Notes: a model not told the origin generated them from the sequence alone. DNA of 64,000 nt from Myxococcota bacterium (GCA_036229005.1 JAZAMN010000006.1:112223-176222), one strand, 5' to 3'. Shown: positions 48,308 to 58,211, numbered from the stretch's first letter. A program made the numbers and translations.

Positions 48308-48943
48308 CTATCGGGGCGGGTTCTCGCGGCCGTCGATGTCTTCCAGGGCGGCGATCGCGGCGGCGGCGGCCTGGCTGAGCTCCTCCTCCGAGCCGCCCAG
48401 GTACACCCGCCCGAAGGCGCCGAAGGCGAGCATCTCCAGGACGTGGATGTTCGCGGCCTTCTCGGCCTCGTTGGTGGCCAGCAGCGCGTAGCCGGCGGGG
48501 TGGATCTCGAGCACGTAGAGCGTGTCGCCCTCGTGGATGAGGTCCCCGTGGCGCATGCGGTTGACGAGCTGGCTGTGGTGCGGGCTGACGCCGTGGATCA
48601 TCTGCGCGGAGACCACCCGGGGCTTGAGGCGGTCCGCGGGGTTGATGTCCAGGATGTCGCTGATCGCGTCGGCCGCGGCGCGCACCTGGCCCTGGTCGTC
48701 GTCGTGCACCTCGAGCACGCCGGAGCGCCGCTCGACCACCATGATCCCGGGGGTGCACGTGGTGTTCTTGAGCACCGCGTCCATGACGCCGTTGATGCCC
48801 ATGCCGGGGGAGACCTCGACAAAGAGCGCGGCCTGACCGGCCAGGGGCAGGTAGCCCTTGGAGATGGTGCCGACGAAGCCCGCCGTCTGGGGCTGGAGCA
48901 CGTCGATGAAGGTGAAGGTGCGGAGGTCGATACCGCTGGACAT
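48308..48943 (-). CDS. Bacterial microcompartment tandem-domain shell protein (BMC-T dimerizing/permuted, CcmP-like)
   Basis: LRTFTFIDVLQPQ, VEVSPG, VVER..G.LEVH, RLKP, NRMRHGD, PAGYA...NEAEKAA, FGAFGR. Confidence 0.92.
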   Translation of the reverse strand: MSSGIDLRTFTFIDVLQPQTAGFVGTISKGYLPLAGQAALFVEVSPGMGINGVMDAVLKNTTCTPGIMVVERRSGVLEVHDDDQGQVRAAADAISDILDINPADRLKPRVVSAQMIHGVSPHHSQLVNRMRHGDLIHEGDTLYVLEIHPAGYALLATNEAEKAANIHVLEMLAFGAFGRVYLGGSEEELSQAAAAAIAALEDIDGRENPPR

Positions 48944-49047
48944 GAGGCCTCCCGGGGGGCTGGGTGTAGCGCAGGCGCGCGGCTGGGGTCAAGGCGCCCC
49001 CGATGGAGCCGACGGCGCGTGATAGTCTCGGCGGCCAGGAGGAATCC

Positions 49048-49557
49048 ATGCTCTGGCTTGTGGCCCTGGTCGCCTGTGCGTCCGAGTGCGATGACATGTC
49101 TCGGGTCAACGGCACCTACGAGGTGCTGTCCACGGTCAACACCTTCGAGCCGGAGGACGCTGCCGAGGACATGCCCACCTACAGCGTGTTCTTCAACGGG
49201 CTGTGGGACTGGGACCTGCAGTACCAGCGGGACTCCGGGAACCTGCGCCTCAAGATCGACGGACAGGAGACCACGGCCCGCCTGACCGAGGGGGCGGGCT
49301 CCTGCAACCGCTTTGGGCTGCGGATTCCCGCGTGGACCTTCGTTGGGGACGCGACGGAGCTGGGGGACGCCGAGCCGGTGGACGCCAACCACGCGCTGGA
49401 GTGGGAGGCCGAGCTGGTCTGGCAGGGCGAGGAGCTCTCGGGCACCTACACCGTGATCGACGAATGGAGCACCACGGACGGCCTGAGCGGCTCGATGTCG
49501 GCCACCGGCACGGTCGCGGGGACTCTGGTCGAGGACACTGAGGGCGCCGAGGAGTAG
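49048..49557 (+). CDS. Hypothetical lipoprotein
   Basis: AGGAGG SD, ALVAC lipobox, beta-rich. Confidence 0.65.
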   Translation: MLWLVALVACASECDDMSRVNGTYEVLSTVNTFEPEDAAEDMPTYSVFFNGLWDWDLQYQRDSGNLRLKIDGQETTARLTEGAGSCNRFGLRIPAWTFVGDATELGDAEPVDANHALEWEAELVWQGEELSGTYTVIDEWSTTDGLSGSMSATGTVAGTLVEDTEGAEE

Positions 49558-49576
49558 AGCGGGTTAGCCGGGCGGC

Positions 49577-50335
49577 ATGTACAACCTGCTCATCGCCCTT
49601 GGTGTGTCGCTGGTGGCCTTCGCTCTCGGAGCGGTGGCCGGCGAGTGGTACTACGGATTCGCCCCCGCGCTGCTGGTGGGGCCGCCGCTCTACTTCATCC
49701 TGATGCGCCGCACGGGCGCCCAGGTCGAGCAGATCATGGCCCAGGCCGTGAGCCACCTGCAGACCGGCCGCGTGAAGGAGGGCATCGCGACCATCGAGAG
49801 CGCGCGCCCCCTGGGCAAGTGGCAGTTCCTGGTCGAGCAGCAGATCGACGCCCAGCTCGGCACGCTGGAGTACATGCAGCGCAACTACAAGAAGGCGCGC
49901 CCGCTGCTGGAGAAGGCCTGGAAGCGCAACTGGCAGGCCATGGCCATGCTCGCCATCATGGACGCCCGGGACCAGAAGCTGGACGAGGGCCTGGCCCGGC
50001 TGGACAAGACCGAGCTGCTGGCCCGGAACGAGCCGCTGTTCTACGCGGTCAAGGTCTGGCTGCTGCTCAAGGGCAAGCGCACGGACGAAGCGCAGAAGGT
50101 GCTGGCGGCCGGAATCGAGGCCGTGGACGCGCCCGACGGCCTCAAGAAGCTGCAGAAGTCCGTCGCCAACGACAAGATGAAGCGCTTTGACTACGGCAAG
50201 ACCTTCGGCCAGGGCTGGTACCAGTTCTTCCCGGATCAGTACCCCAACCCCCAGGTGGGGCGGCGGGGCATGCGCGCGCAGCCTCGGAACGCGCGGTCCT
50301 TCCCCCAGCCTCGTGGTGGCGGGCGCCCCCGCTGA
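49577..50335 (+). CDS. Hypothetical membrane protein with TPR-like region
   Basis: Two N-terminal TMs, helical repeats, basic tail. Confidence 0.65.
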   Translation: MYNLLIALGVSLVAFALGAVAGEWYYGFAPALLVGPPLYFILMRRTGAQVEQIMAQAVSHLQTGRVKEGIATIESARPLGKWQFLVEQQIDAQLGTLEYMQRNYKKARPLLEKAWKRNWQAMAMLAIMDARDQKLDEGLARLDKTELLARNEPLFYAVKVWLLLKGKRTDEAQKVLAAGIEAVDAPDGLKKLQKSVANDKMKRFDYGKTFGQGWYQFFPDQYPNPQVGRRGMRAQPRNARSFPQPRGGGRPR

Positions 50336-50383
50336 GGCGGGTCCTCCTTGTCGGGTCCACCGTGTAGGGCCCACTCCGTAGGC

Positions 50384-52084
50384 CTACTCCTGGGACTGCT
50401 GGTAGCGCTCCAGGGTGCGCTTGAGCAGCAGGTCTTCGGGGCTCTGGCGCAGCGCGTCCTCCAGGATGGCCTGTGCGCCGCGGGTGTCGTCCTGGCGCTC
50501 CAGCGCTGAGGCGGCCGCGACGACCACGGCCGCCGAGTCTCCGTGGTCGACCAGGAAGCGGTCGATGTGCATGGGGTCCAGCCCCACCCCGTAGTCGGCG
50601 TAGAGGTCCAGGCGCAGCGCCGCGACCTTGGCCTGATCCGCGCGAGGCAGGCGGTAGGCCTTGGCCAGCGCCTCGGCGGCCTCTTCTGGGTAGCCCGCGA
50701 TGGCCGCCTGTCGCCCGTGCTCCACCGCCAGCTTCCAGGAGTTCGGGTTGCTGCGGGTGCGCCCGCGGGCCAGCTCCAGCTCCGGGGGCAGCTCCAGCTC
50801 GGCGGCGGCGAAGAGCTTCTCGGCGAGCTGCCTGTACCTGAAGGCGTCGGCCGCATCAAAGTGCAGGTGCATGCGGTGGACGGTCGCACCTCGACAGATC
50901 AACAGGAGCTCGAGCTGCTGGAGCACCCCAGAGCGTCTGTAGGTGAGGGTGGCCCGTGTCGCAGGCCAACCCCCCACTTCGGTCTGCTCCCTGGCGCTGA
51001 GGTGGACCGCCGAGACGCGGCTCTCGAGCTGGCGCGTGAACTGCCGCAGGGCCTCGTCGGGGGTGGGTGGAGCGGCGAGCTGCTGTGAGGTCGCGACCCA
51101 GATCCCGCGGCCGGTGGGGGAGTTCCAGCCCCGGTCCTCGGTGAAGTCCCAGCCCTCTTCCCAGGACTGCGGGACGCTGGAGATCAGCCCCTGATCGTGG
51201 ATGCTGTGCACGCGGACCAGGCGCGGCCCCAGCAGGCTCAGGGTGAACAGGGTCAGCAGGGCGCCTGCAGCCATGAGCTGGCGGCCCTTGACGTTGTGCG
51301 TGGTGTTCGCCTCGAAGCCGTCCGGCCTCAGCCAGGTGGCGGCCAGCGCGCCGCCGAGCATCCCGCCCAGGTGCCCCCAGTTGTCCACCGCAGGGGAGAG
51401 CAGGCCCAGGCACAGCGGGTAGACCAGATAGGGCAGGATCGCCCAGCCAAAGTACTTGCGGGCGAAGCTGGGGAGCTGGTCTTCGTACTTCCAGCCGAAC
51501 ACGACGCTCGCGGCGATCAGGCCGAAGTCTCCGCCGCTGGCCCCCAGGCTGGGCCGACCCGGCGACATGGCCATGGACAGCAGGCCGCCGGTGAGGATGG
51601 AGAGCAGGAACACCGCAAGCAGGTTCCGCCGCCCCATTGCGCGCTCGAGGTTCCAGCCGGCGTAGCCCAGGAAGAGCATGTTCAGGGCCAGGTGGTTCAG
51701 CCCCAGGTGCAGCCAGCCGTAGGTGAACAGGCGCCAGATCTCGCCGGTCTCCAGCACCGCCGGGGCCCAGTTCGTGAAGTGGCTGATGATCAGGTCCTCT
51801 CCGCCGGGGAGCTTGCCCAGGAAGAAGATCCGCACCTGCAGGCCGACGAGCAGCGCGGTGGCCAGGGGGATGCCGTTCCGGAGGCGGGCCTCGAAGCGCC
51901 GCTGCTCCGGGTTGGAGAGGATCTGGTAGAGCTCCAGCTCGCCCACGGGCAGGAAGTCGCGGCCGGTGACCTCGGGGTAGCAGAGCTCGATCTCGGGGCC
52001 GATCTCGCCGCGGCGCACGCGCTCCTCGAAGTCCTCGTAGGACAGGGAGATCTCTCCCTCGGGCAGCCGGAGGCGCAGGTTCAT
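50384..52084 (-). CDS. Rhomboid intramembrane serine protease with extra N- and C-terminal domains
   Basis: WRLFT..WLH, HLALN, GASGG (Ser), GHLGG (His). Confidence 0.88.
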   Translation of the reverse strand: MNLRLRLPEGEISLSYEDFEERVRRGEIGPEIELCYPEVTGRDFLPVGELELYQILSNPEQRRFEARLRNGIPLATALLVGLQVRIFFLGKLPGGEDLIISHFTNWAPAVLETGEIWRLFTYGWLHLGLNHLALNMLFLGYAGWNLERAMGRRNLLAVFLLSILTGGLLSMAMSPGRPSLGASGGDFGLIAASVVFGWKYEDQLPSFARKYFGWAILPYLVYPLCLGLLSPAVDNWGHLGGMLGGALAATWLRPDGFEANTTHNVKGRQLMAAGALLTLFTLSLLGPRLVRVHSIHDQGLISSVPQSWEEGWDFTEDRGWNSPTGRGIWVATSQQLAAPPTPDEALRQFTRQLESRVSAVHLSAREQTEVGGWPATRATLTYRRSGVLQQLELLLICRGATVHRMHLHFDAADAFRYRQLAEKLFAAAELELPPELELARGRTRSNPNSWKLAVEHGRQAAIAGYPEEAAEALAKAYRLPRADQAKVAALRLDLYADYGVGLDPMHIDRFLVDHGDSAAVVVAAASALERQDDTRGAQAILEDALRQSPEDLLLKRTLERYQQSQE

Positions 52085-52413
52085 TCAGCGGCCAGAGAGG
52101 TGAGGTCGAGGAGGTGGTCCACGCTCACCCCGCAGGACACCAAGAGCCCCAGGATGGCCGACCACCTCAAGGTCCAGTGGGCGCGAACGAGGTCAACCGC
52201 AGCCAGGCCCAGCGCTCCGAGCGCCAGTCCGAGGGCAGGCAACCAGGGGAAGGCGAGGCTGGGGATGGAGGGCTCCGGGTTGCCGCCGTAGAGCTGGAGT
52301 CCGGCGGCCATGGCCGGGCCCTTGGTCGCGAGCAGCGGGGGCAGAGTCAGCGCGGGCACCGCCAGAGAGGCGATGCTCCCTCGTTCGGAGAAGAGCAGCA
52401 GGCGCTTGAGCAT
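52081..52413 (-). CDS. Small hypothetical membrane protein
   Basis: Three hydrophobic segments; stop overlaps rhomboid ATG. Confidence 0.45.
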   Translation of the reverse strand: MLKRLLLFSERGSIASLAVPALTLPPLLATKGPAMAAGLQLYGGNPEPSIPSLAFPWLPALGLALGALGLAAVDLVRAHWTLRWSAILGLLVSCGVSVDHLLDLTSLAAE

Positions 52414-52449
52414 GAGATCGGATCGGACCACGGGGCCGGGTCCTGAGTT

Positions 52450-53463
52450 TCACATGCCGATGCGGGCGATCGCCCAGCGGGCGTGCTCGGCCAGCAGGGG
52501 GTCCTGGCCGGATGCCACGCGCTCCAGCGCCGGGATGGCCTCGTTGTTGCCCAGGTTGCCCAGGACGACGCACGCGTTCCGCTTGAGGCCCCGGGCACCG
52601 GGCCGACGCAGTGGGGTCCCGGTGAAGCGCGCCAGGATCTCCTCCTCGCTGGCCCCGAGCAGCCAGGGGAGGTCCAGCCAGGCGTTGACGGGGGCGAAGT
52701 CGTCCTCCGGGCTGTCCGGCGCGGAGACGTTGTGCGGGCACACCTCCTGGCAGACATCGCACCCGAACACCCAGCGACCGATGCCCGGGCGGAGGTGCTC
52801 GGGGATGGGGCCGCGGGACTCGATGGTCCAGGTGGAGATGCAGCGGCGCGCGTCGAGCACGTGGGGGCCCAGGAAGGCGCCGGTGGGGCACGCGTCCAGG
52901 CAGCGGGTGCAGCGGCCGCAGTGATCGCGGGTGATGGGCTGGGTGGCGGGCAGCTCCAGCTCCAGGAAGAGCACGCCCAGGAACATCCAGGAGCCGTGGG
53001 CGGGCAGGATCTGCACGCAGTTCTTGCCGGAGAAGCCCACCCCGGCGGCCTCGGCCCAGGCGCGCTCCAGGATGGGGGCGGTGTCGATGCCGCCCCAGCA
53101 GGCGACCCCCTCGGCGCGGAGCTGGCGCATCAGCTTCTTGAGGCGCTTGCCGGCCAGGTTGTGGTAGTCGCGGCCCCAGGCGTATCGGGCGACCTTGCCG
53201 GTGAGTCCCCCGGGATCGGGCGGCCGGCGGTGGTTGTGCTCCATGGCCAGCACCAGCGCGCTGCGGGCGGTGGGCATCCGGGCCTGGGGGTTGATGCGCT
53301 CGGCGGCGCCGGCCTCCATGTAGGTCATGGGGCCGTGGTGGCGGGCGTCCAGCCAGGCCTGGAACTCGGCGGCCCGGGGGGAGGGGATCTGGACCCGAGC
53401 CACGCCCAGGTGCTGGAAGCCAAGCGCCGCGGCGCGGCCCAGAATGCGCTCTGCATCATCCAT
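52450..53463 (-). CDS. queG: Epoxyqueuosine reductase
   Basis: ARYAWGRDYH, DTAPILER, GKN, CGRCTRCLDACPTGA, DARRCIS, FGCDVCQEVCP. Confidence 0.95.
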   Translation of the reverse strand: MDDAERILGRAAALGFQHLGVARVQIPSPRAAEFQAWLDARHHGPMTYMEAGAAERINPQARMPTARSALVLAMEHNHRRPPDPGGLTGKVARYAWGRDYHNLAGKRLKKLMRQLRAEGVACWGGIDTAPILERAWAEAAGVGFSGKNCVQILPAHGSWMFLGVLFLELELPATQPITRDHCGRCTRCLDACPTGAFLGPHVLDARRCISTWTIESRGPIPEHLRPGIGRWVFGCDVCQEVCPHNVSAPDSPEDDFAPVNAWLDLPWLLGASEEEILARFTGTPLRRPGARGLKRNACVVLGNLGNNEAIPALERVASGQDPLLAEHARWAIARIGM

Positions 53464-53581
53464 GGACGGGGCCTATCTTGGGGCCCGCTTGTCTGCTGCT
53501 CCACGGCGATTAGGGGTCCCTCATCGGAGCTGCCCGTGGCTCCTCCCGCTTTGGCTCCCTCGGGGAGCACTGGAGATTCCT

Positions 53582-54556
53582 GTGTCTGATTCTGTCCGTG
53601 AAGTCGTGATCTTTGGTTCGGGCCCCGCGGGGCACACCGCCGCGCTCTACACCGCCCGCGCCAACATGCAGCCCCTGGTCTTCGAGGGCATCCAGCCCGG
53701 CGGCCAGCTCACCATCACCACGGACGTGGACAACTTCCCTGGCTTCCCCGAGGGCATCATGGGCCCCGAGCTCATGGAGCGCATGAAGCAGCAGGTCACC
53801 CGCTTCGGCACCGAGTTCAGCTACGAGACCGCCGAGTCCGTCGACCTGAGCGCCTGGCCCTTCCAGTACAAGGCCGGCCAGAAGACCGGCTACGCCAAGA
53901 GCGTCATCATCGCCACGGGCGCGGTCGCCAAGTACCTGGGCCTGCCCAACGAGACCCGCCTCAAGGGCTACGGCGTGTCCGCCTGCGCGACCTGCGACGG
54001 CTTCTTCTACAAGGACCAGGTCGTCGCGGTCGTGGGCGGCGGTGACTCGGCCGCCGAGGAGGCCACCTTCCTGACCAAGTTCGCCTCCAAGGTCTACCTG
54101 CTGGTGCGCCGCGATGAGATGCGCGCGTCCAAGATCATGCAGCAGCGCGTGTTCGACAACGACAAGGTCGAGGTCCTCTGGAACACCACCGTCGCAGACG
54201 TGCTGGGCGAGAAGGGCGTCGAGGGCATCCGCGTGGTGAACAGCGAGACCAAGGAGGAGCGCGACCTGGCCGTCACCGGCTTCTTCCTGGCCATCGGCCA
54301 CAAGCCCAACTCCGACGCCTTCACCCAGTGGGTGGACACCGACGAGGTCGGCTACATCAAGACCGCCCCCGACAGCACCGCGACCAAGGTGCCCGGTGTG
54401 TTCGCCGCCGGCGACGTCAAGGACTCCGTCTACCGCCAGGCCGTGACCGCCGCGGGCTCCGGCTGCATGGCCGCCCTGGAGGCCGAGCGCTGGCTGGAGG
54501 CCAAGGGCTACGAGGCGCTCCCCCGGCGCGCGGGCTTCGAGGGCCTGGGCCACTGA
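53582..54556 (+). CDS. trxB: Thioredoxin-disulfide reductase
   Basis: GSGPAG, GGQLTITT, SACATCDG, GGGDSA, GVFAAGDV, RQAVTAAG; GTG start with GGAG. Confidence 0.96.
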   Translation: MSDSVREVVIFGSGPAGHTAALYTARANMQPLVFEGIQPGGQLTITTDVDNFPGFPEGIMGPELMERMKQQVTRFGTEFSYETAESVDLSAWPFQYKAGQKTGYAKSVIIATGAVAKYLGLPNETRLKGYGVSACATCDGFFYKDQVVAVVGGGDSAAEEATFLTKFASKVYLLVRRDEMRASKIMQQRVFDNDKVEVLWNTTVADVLGEKGVEGIRVVNSETKEERDLAVTGFFLAIGHKPNSDAFTQWVDTDEVGYIKTAPDSTATKVPGVFAAGDVKDSVYRQAVTAAGSGCMAALEAERWLEAKGYEALPRRAGFEGLGH

Positions 54557-54597
54557 GCGCTCGCCGCTGTCGACCCCGCTGAGGGTGGCTTCCGCCC

Positions 54598-56526
54598 TCA
54601 GACCAGGCTGACAAAGAGCTCCGGCAGGCGCCCGGCCAGCTCCTCCACCTTGGGGAGCACCAGGTAGCGGCCGGGGCCGAAGATGCGCCCCAGGTAGGCC
54701 TTGCCCGCCTGGGGCTCCTTGTCCATGGACAGGCAGTGCAGGTGCACGCCCGCCGTGTGGGCCTCCTGCACCGCCATGGCCGAGTCCGCGATGCCCCGCT
54801 CGCCGCGGTAGCCGTCCCGGTCCTCCGGGCGCCCGTCCGAGAGCAGCAGCAGCAGCTTGCGGGGCTCGGGGCGCTGGCGCAGCCGCCAGGTCGCGTGGCG
54901 CAGGATGGCCCCCAGGCGGGTCGCTCCCTGGGCGCGCAGCCGGCCCATCCGGCCCAGGACCGCGGGCTCGTAGTCCTCGTCGAAGCCCTTGAGGCGCCAC
55001 AGCCGGACCTCGCCGGCGGACTCACCGTTGAAGCCGTAGAAGGCGTGGGCCAGCGAGAGGGTGCGCATTCCCTCTGCGAACAACACCAGCGCCCTCTGCT
55101 CCGCGTGAAGGACCCGGCCCTGGGTGCTGCCCGAGAGGTCCACCAGAGTCATCACGCACAGCGGCTCCGGCTGTCGCACGAAGCGGCGGTAGAGGCGGCG
55201 CTCCGGTTGCTGCCCCGCGGCGATGTCGCAGCGCGCGAGGATGGCCCGGTCGAGATCGATCTCCGGTCCGTCGATCTGCCCACCCACCCAGCGCTCCTCG
55301 GTGCGCAGGGCCTCGAAGCGGCGGCGGATCTGGTTGACCTCCTGGGCGTGGGCGCGGGCGATGTCCCAATAGGCCTGCTCGGGGCCCCCCGGCGCGCTGG
55401 GCTCGACGACCTTGGCGTGCTCGACGCGCCAGCCCTGCGCCTCCGCGTCCCACTCGTCGTAGTGGAAGGCCTGCTCGTCCGGGTCGGGACGGTCGGGGAG
55501 CTGGTGCTGCCGCCGGGCCTGCTCCCGCAGTTTGTCCTGGGCCTCATCGCGGAGCACCCCGTAGGCGGGCATGGCGCCGACATCGACCTCGGGCTTCTTG
55601 CTGGGGCGTCCGAGGCGCGCGCGCAGGCGCTCCCGGAGGCCTCGTCTACTGGTCTCGGGGCCCTCCAGGCGTCCACCGCGGGAGAGCAGCCCCTGCAAGG
55701 GGGCGGGGCCCTTCATCCAGGCGTTGCGGTACTCGGGGTCGTCCTCCAGCTCGCGGAGGATCCACTCCGGCCGCAGCACTCCCAGGAACCAGGGGAGGGG
55801 AGGAGGGCCCAGGCGGCGCTTGAGCAGGTGTTGGCGCACCGCCTGGGCCTGTCCGAGCAATACGAGCTCCGCTGCACTCGCGCCCGCAGTCGAGGTCACC
55901 CTGTCGACGGCCGCCTGGACAACGGGATCGTGTCCGGTCGCGGGGCAGTGGCTCAGCCCTCGGTAGAGCGGCGCGAAGGCCGCGGGGAGGCCCTCCCAGG
56001 GCACCGGGGTGAGGTTCACGCGCAGGGCGCTGCCCTTGGGACTATGGCGCAGGGCCTCCCAGTCGGCGGCGAGGCCTGGGTAGCGGCTGGCGTAGTCCTG
56101 GAGCACCCAGCGAGCCGCGAGCAGGTGCCAGCAGTTGCGCAGCACCCAGTCGCGGTAGAGGGCCTTGAGCGTGCGGTCCTTGGAGAGCAGGCCCGCGCCC
56201 CAGAGGCCGGCCTGGACCAGGGCCATGACGCGGTAGAGGCGCTCGTCCGAGGCCTGGGGCGGCGCGGGGGCGGCCAGGGGCAGGTAGATGCGCTCCGCGT
56301 CCGTGCTGGCCGGGTCTGCCTGGCCGAGCTTGATGGGCAGGCCGGTGACCATCTGGAGGAAGGGGGTGAGGCGGCCGCGCAGGGTGCGCAGAGGGGTGCC
56401 GAGCTCGCGGCCCTGGCCATCCAACAGGACGGGGTCGGAGAAGAGGAAGCGCTCCAGCAGTGCGGCCTCGGCGCGCTCGGCGTCGGCGAGGTCCTCGTCC
56501 TCGGGGTTCCAGGTGGGGGCGCCCAT
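54598..56526 (-). CDS. NorD/CbbO-type VWA adaptor protein
   Basis: YDEWD, GPEIDLD, MIDAS DLSGST, TRLGAILRHA, LSDGRP.D, IFG; ATG overlaps upstream stop. Confidence 0.85.
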   Translation of the reverse strand: MGAPTWNPEDEDLADAERAEAALLERFLFSDPVLLDGQGRELGTPLRTLRGRLTPFLQMVTGLPIKLGQADPASTDAERIYLPLAAPAPPQASDERLYRVMALVQAGLWGAGLLSKDRTLKALYRDWVLRNCWHLLAARWVLQDYASRYPGLAADWEALRHSPKGSALRVNLTPVPWEGLPAAFAPLYRGLSHCPATGHDPVVQAAVDRVTSTAGASAAELVLLGQAQAVRQHLLKRRLGPPPLPWFLGVLRPEWILRELEDDPEYRNAWMKGPAPLQGLLSRGGRLEGPETSRRGLRERLRARLGRPSKKPEVDVGAMPAYGVLRDEAQDKLREQARRQHQLPDRPDPDEQAFHYDEWDAEAQGWRVEHAKVVEPSAPGGPEQAYWDIARAHAQEVNQIRRRFEALRTEERWVGGQIDGPEIDLDRAILARCDIAAGQQPERRLYRRFVRQPEPLCVMTLVDLSGSTQGRVLHAEQRALVLFAEGMRTLSLAHAFYGFNGESAGEVRLWRLKGFDEDYEPAVLGRMGRLRAQGATRLGAILRHATWRLRQRPEPRKLLLLLSDGRPEDRDGYRGERGIADSAMAVQEAHTAGVHLHCLSMDKEPQAGKAYLGRIFGPGRYLVLPKVEELAGRLPELFVSLV

Positions 56527-57296
56527 CAGCCCAGGACAGCCCGGAGCAGCTCCTGCAGCGCAGCGGAGAGCTCCGGATCGTCGGACAGGGAGTGCACCAG
56601 CGTGGCCTCGCATGCGGGCTTGAGCGCCATGCCGCTCGCAGAGAGGGTTGCCGCGTAGATGAGGAGCCGTGTGCTTGCGCCCTCAGCCAGCCCCTTCTCC
56701 CGGAGCCTGCGGCTGGCGATGCCGAGCTGGACGAGCTGGTCGGCGACCTGGGGTGTGCACCCGGCCTCGTGGAGGATGATCTCCCGCTCGATCTCGGGGC
56801 TGGGGTAGTCGAAGGCCAGGGACACAAAACGCTGGCGCGTGCTGGGCTTGAGCTCCTTGCGCAGCGACTGGTAGCCGGGGTTGTAGGAGATCACGACCTG
56901 GAAGCCCGGGGCGGCCTCGACCTCCTGGCCCAGGCGCTCCAGGGGGAGCACGCGGCGGTCGTCGGTGAGAGGGTGCAGGGTGGTGAGCACGTCGGGGCGG
57001 GCCTCGACGACCTCGTCCAGGTAGCAGATTGCGCCCTCGCGAGCGGCGCGGGTCAGCGGGCCATCGCGCCAGACGGTGTCTCCGCCCTCCAGCACATGGC
57101 GGCCGGTGAGGTCCGCGGCGGAGAGGTCCTCCTGGCAGGCCACGGTGATCAGGGGGCGGCCCAGGCGCTCGGCCATGTGGCGCACGAAGCGGGTCTTGCC
57201 GCAGCCCGTGGGGCCCTTGAGGAGGACGGGGAGCTGGCGCTCCGCTGCGGTCGTGAAGAGGGCGATCTCGTCGCCTTGGGGTCGGTACCAGGCCAT
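56526..57296 (-). CDS. CbbQ/NirQ/NorQ family MoxR AAA+ ATPase
   Basis: LKGPTGCGKTRFV, YLDEVVEAR, HPLTDDRR, SYNPGYQ, LKPSTRQRF, ASTRLL. Confidence 0.93.
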   Translation of the reverse strand: MAWYRPQGDEIALFTTAAERQLPVLLKGPTGCGKTRFVRHMAERLGRPLITVACQEDLSAADLTGRHVLEGGDTVWRDGPLTRAAREGAICYLDEVVEARPDVLTTLHPLTDDRRVLPLERLGQEVEAAPGFQVVISYNPGYQSLRKELKPSTRQRFVSLAFDYPSPEIEREIILHEAGCTPQVADQLVQLGIASRRLREKGLAEGASTRLLIYAATLSASGMALKPACEATLVHSLSDDPELSAALQELLRAVLG

Positions 57297-57305
57297 GGGC
57301 CAAGA

Positions 57306-58211
57306 CTACATGCTGTCGCCCTGGGGCGGGGGCCAGTGCACCGACTCCTGCAGCCAGCGGGCCAGGCGGTGGTTGATGGTCTCAGGCTGCTCGATCAGCG
57401 CGGCGTGGGAGCCATCGGCCAGCACGAGCAGCTCGGCCTGGGGGAGCTCGCGGGCCATCTTCTCGCTCAGCCAGAGGGGCGTGAAGTCATCGCGCTCGGC
57501 GGCGACGACCAGGGCGGGGACCTGGATCTCGGACAGGCGCGGGAAGGCGTCGTGGCGGTCGGCCTCCTGGACCATGCGCAGGAAGAGGCGCAGGTCCAGG
57601 TCGGCGAGGTGCTCCAGGTAGGGCTCGAAGTCCTCGCGGGAGGTGTAGTAGGGGTCCACGGCGCGGATCCGCTGGGTCACGCTCCAGGCGATGGGGCTGC
57701 GCACCAGAGGGCGGGCGATCCGGTTGACGGTGTCGCCGATGCCGTCCGCGAGCCGCGCGATGCTCTTGATGAGGGGGCGGCTGCCGGGGTTGTCGTAGAA
57801 GGTCTCCAGGACGCGTCCCGCGCTGCCGAGCATCAAGCCCAGGCCTTGAACGCTCTCCGGTGCCTGCAGGGCGCGCTCCAGGATGACCTGGCAGCCCATG
57901 GAGTGGCCCAGGAGCACGGCCTTGTCGGCGCCGACGGCCTCCTGGACGCGGCCAAGGTCCCGGGCGGAGGTCTCGATGCTCAGATCGACGCCCCGGGGGT
58001 GGCGGGGACGGTCGCTGCGCCCGTGGCCCCGGTAGTCCCAGAGGACCACCTGGTAGTCCCGGGAGAAGCGCTCCACGATGTACTTCCAGAAGAAGGTGGA
58101 GACGCCCACCCCATTGCAGCAGATCAGGGTGTGGGGGCCGCTCCCGCTGGCCTGCCAGAAGAGCGAGAGTTCGCTGTCGGTGGGCACGAAGCCGCTTCGG
58201 ATCTCGGACAT
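57306..58211 (-). CDS. Alpha/beta-fold hydrolase
   Basis: WDYRGHGRS, GHSMG nucleophile, D and GSH downstream. Confidence 0.9.
   Translation of the reverse strand: MSEIRSGFVPTDSELSLFWQASGSGPHTLICCNGVGVSTFFWKYIVERFSRDYQVVLWDYRGHGRSDRPRHPRGVDLSIETSARDLGRVQEAVGADKAVLLGHSMGCQVILERALQAPESVQGLGLMLGSAGRVLETFYDNPGSRPLIKSIARLADGIGDTVNRIARPLVRSPIAWSVTQRIRAVDPYYTSREDFEPYLEHLADLDLRLFLRMVQEADRHDAFPRLSEIQVPALVVAAERDDFTPLWLSEKMARELPQAELLVLADGSHAALIEQPETINHRLARWLQESVHWPPPQGDSM

Noticed and set aside
45414..49115. 1233-aa minus-strand ORF
   Set aside because: Low-complexity Arg/His/Pro shadow overlapping ggt, BMC-T and the permease in other frames.
48308..57296. BMC-T plus CbbQ/CbbO-like genes as a carboxysome locus
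   Set aside because: They are separated by unrelated genes (rhomboid, queG, trxB), with no RubisCO, carbonic anhydrase or other shell genes present.
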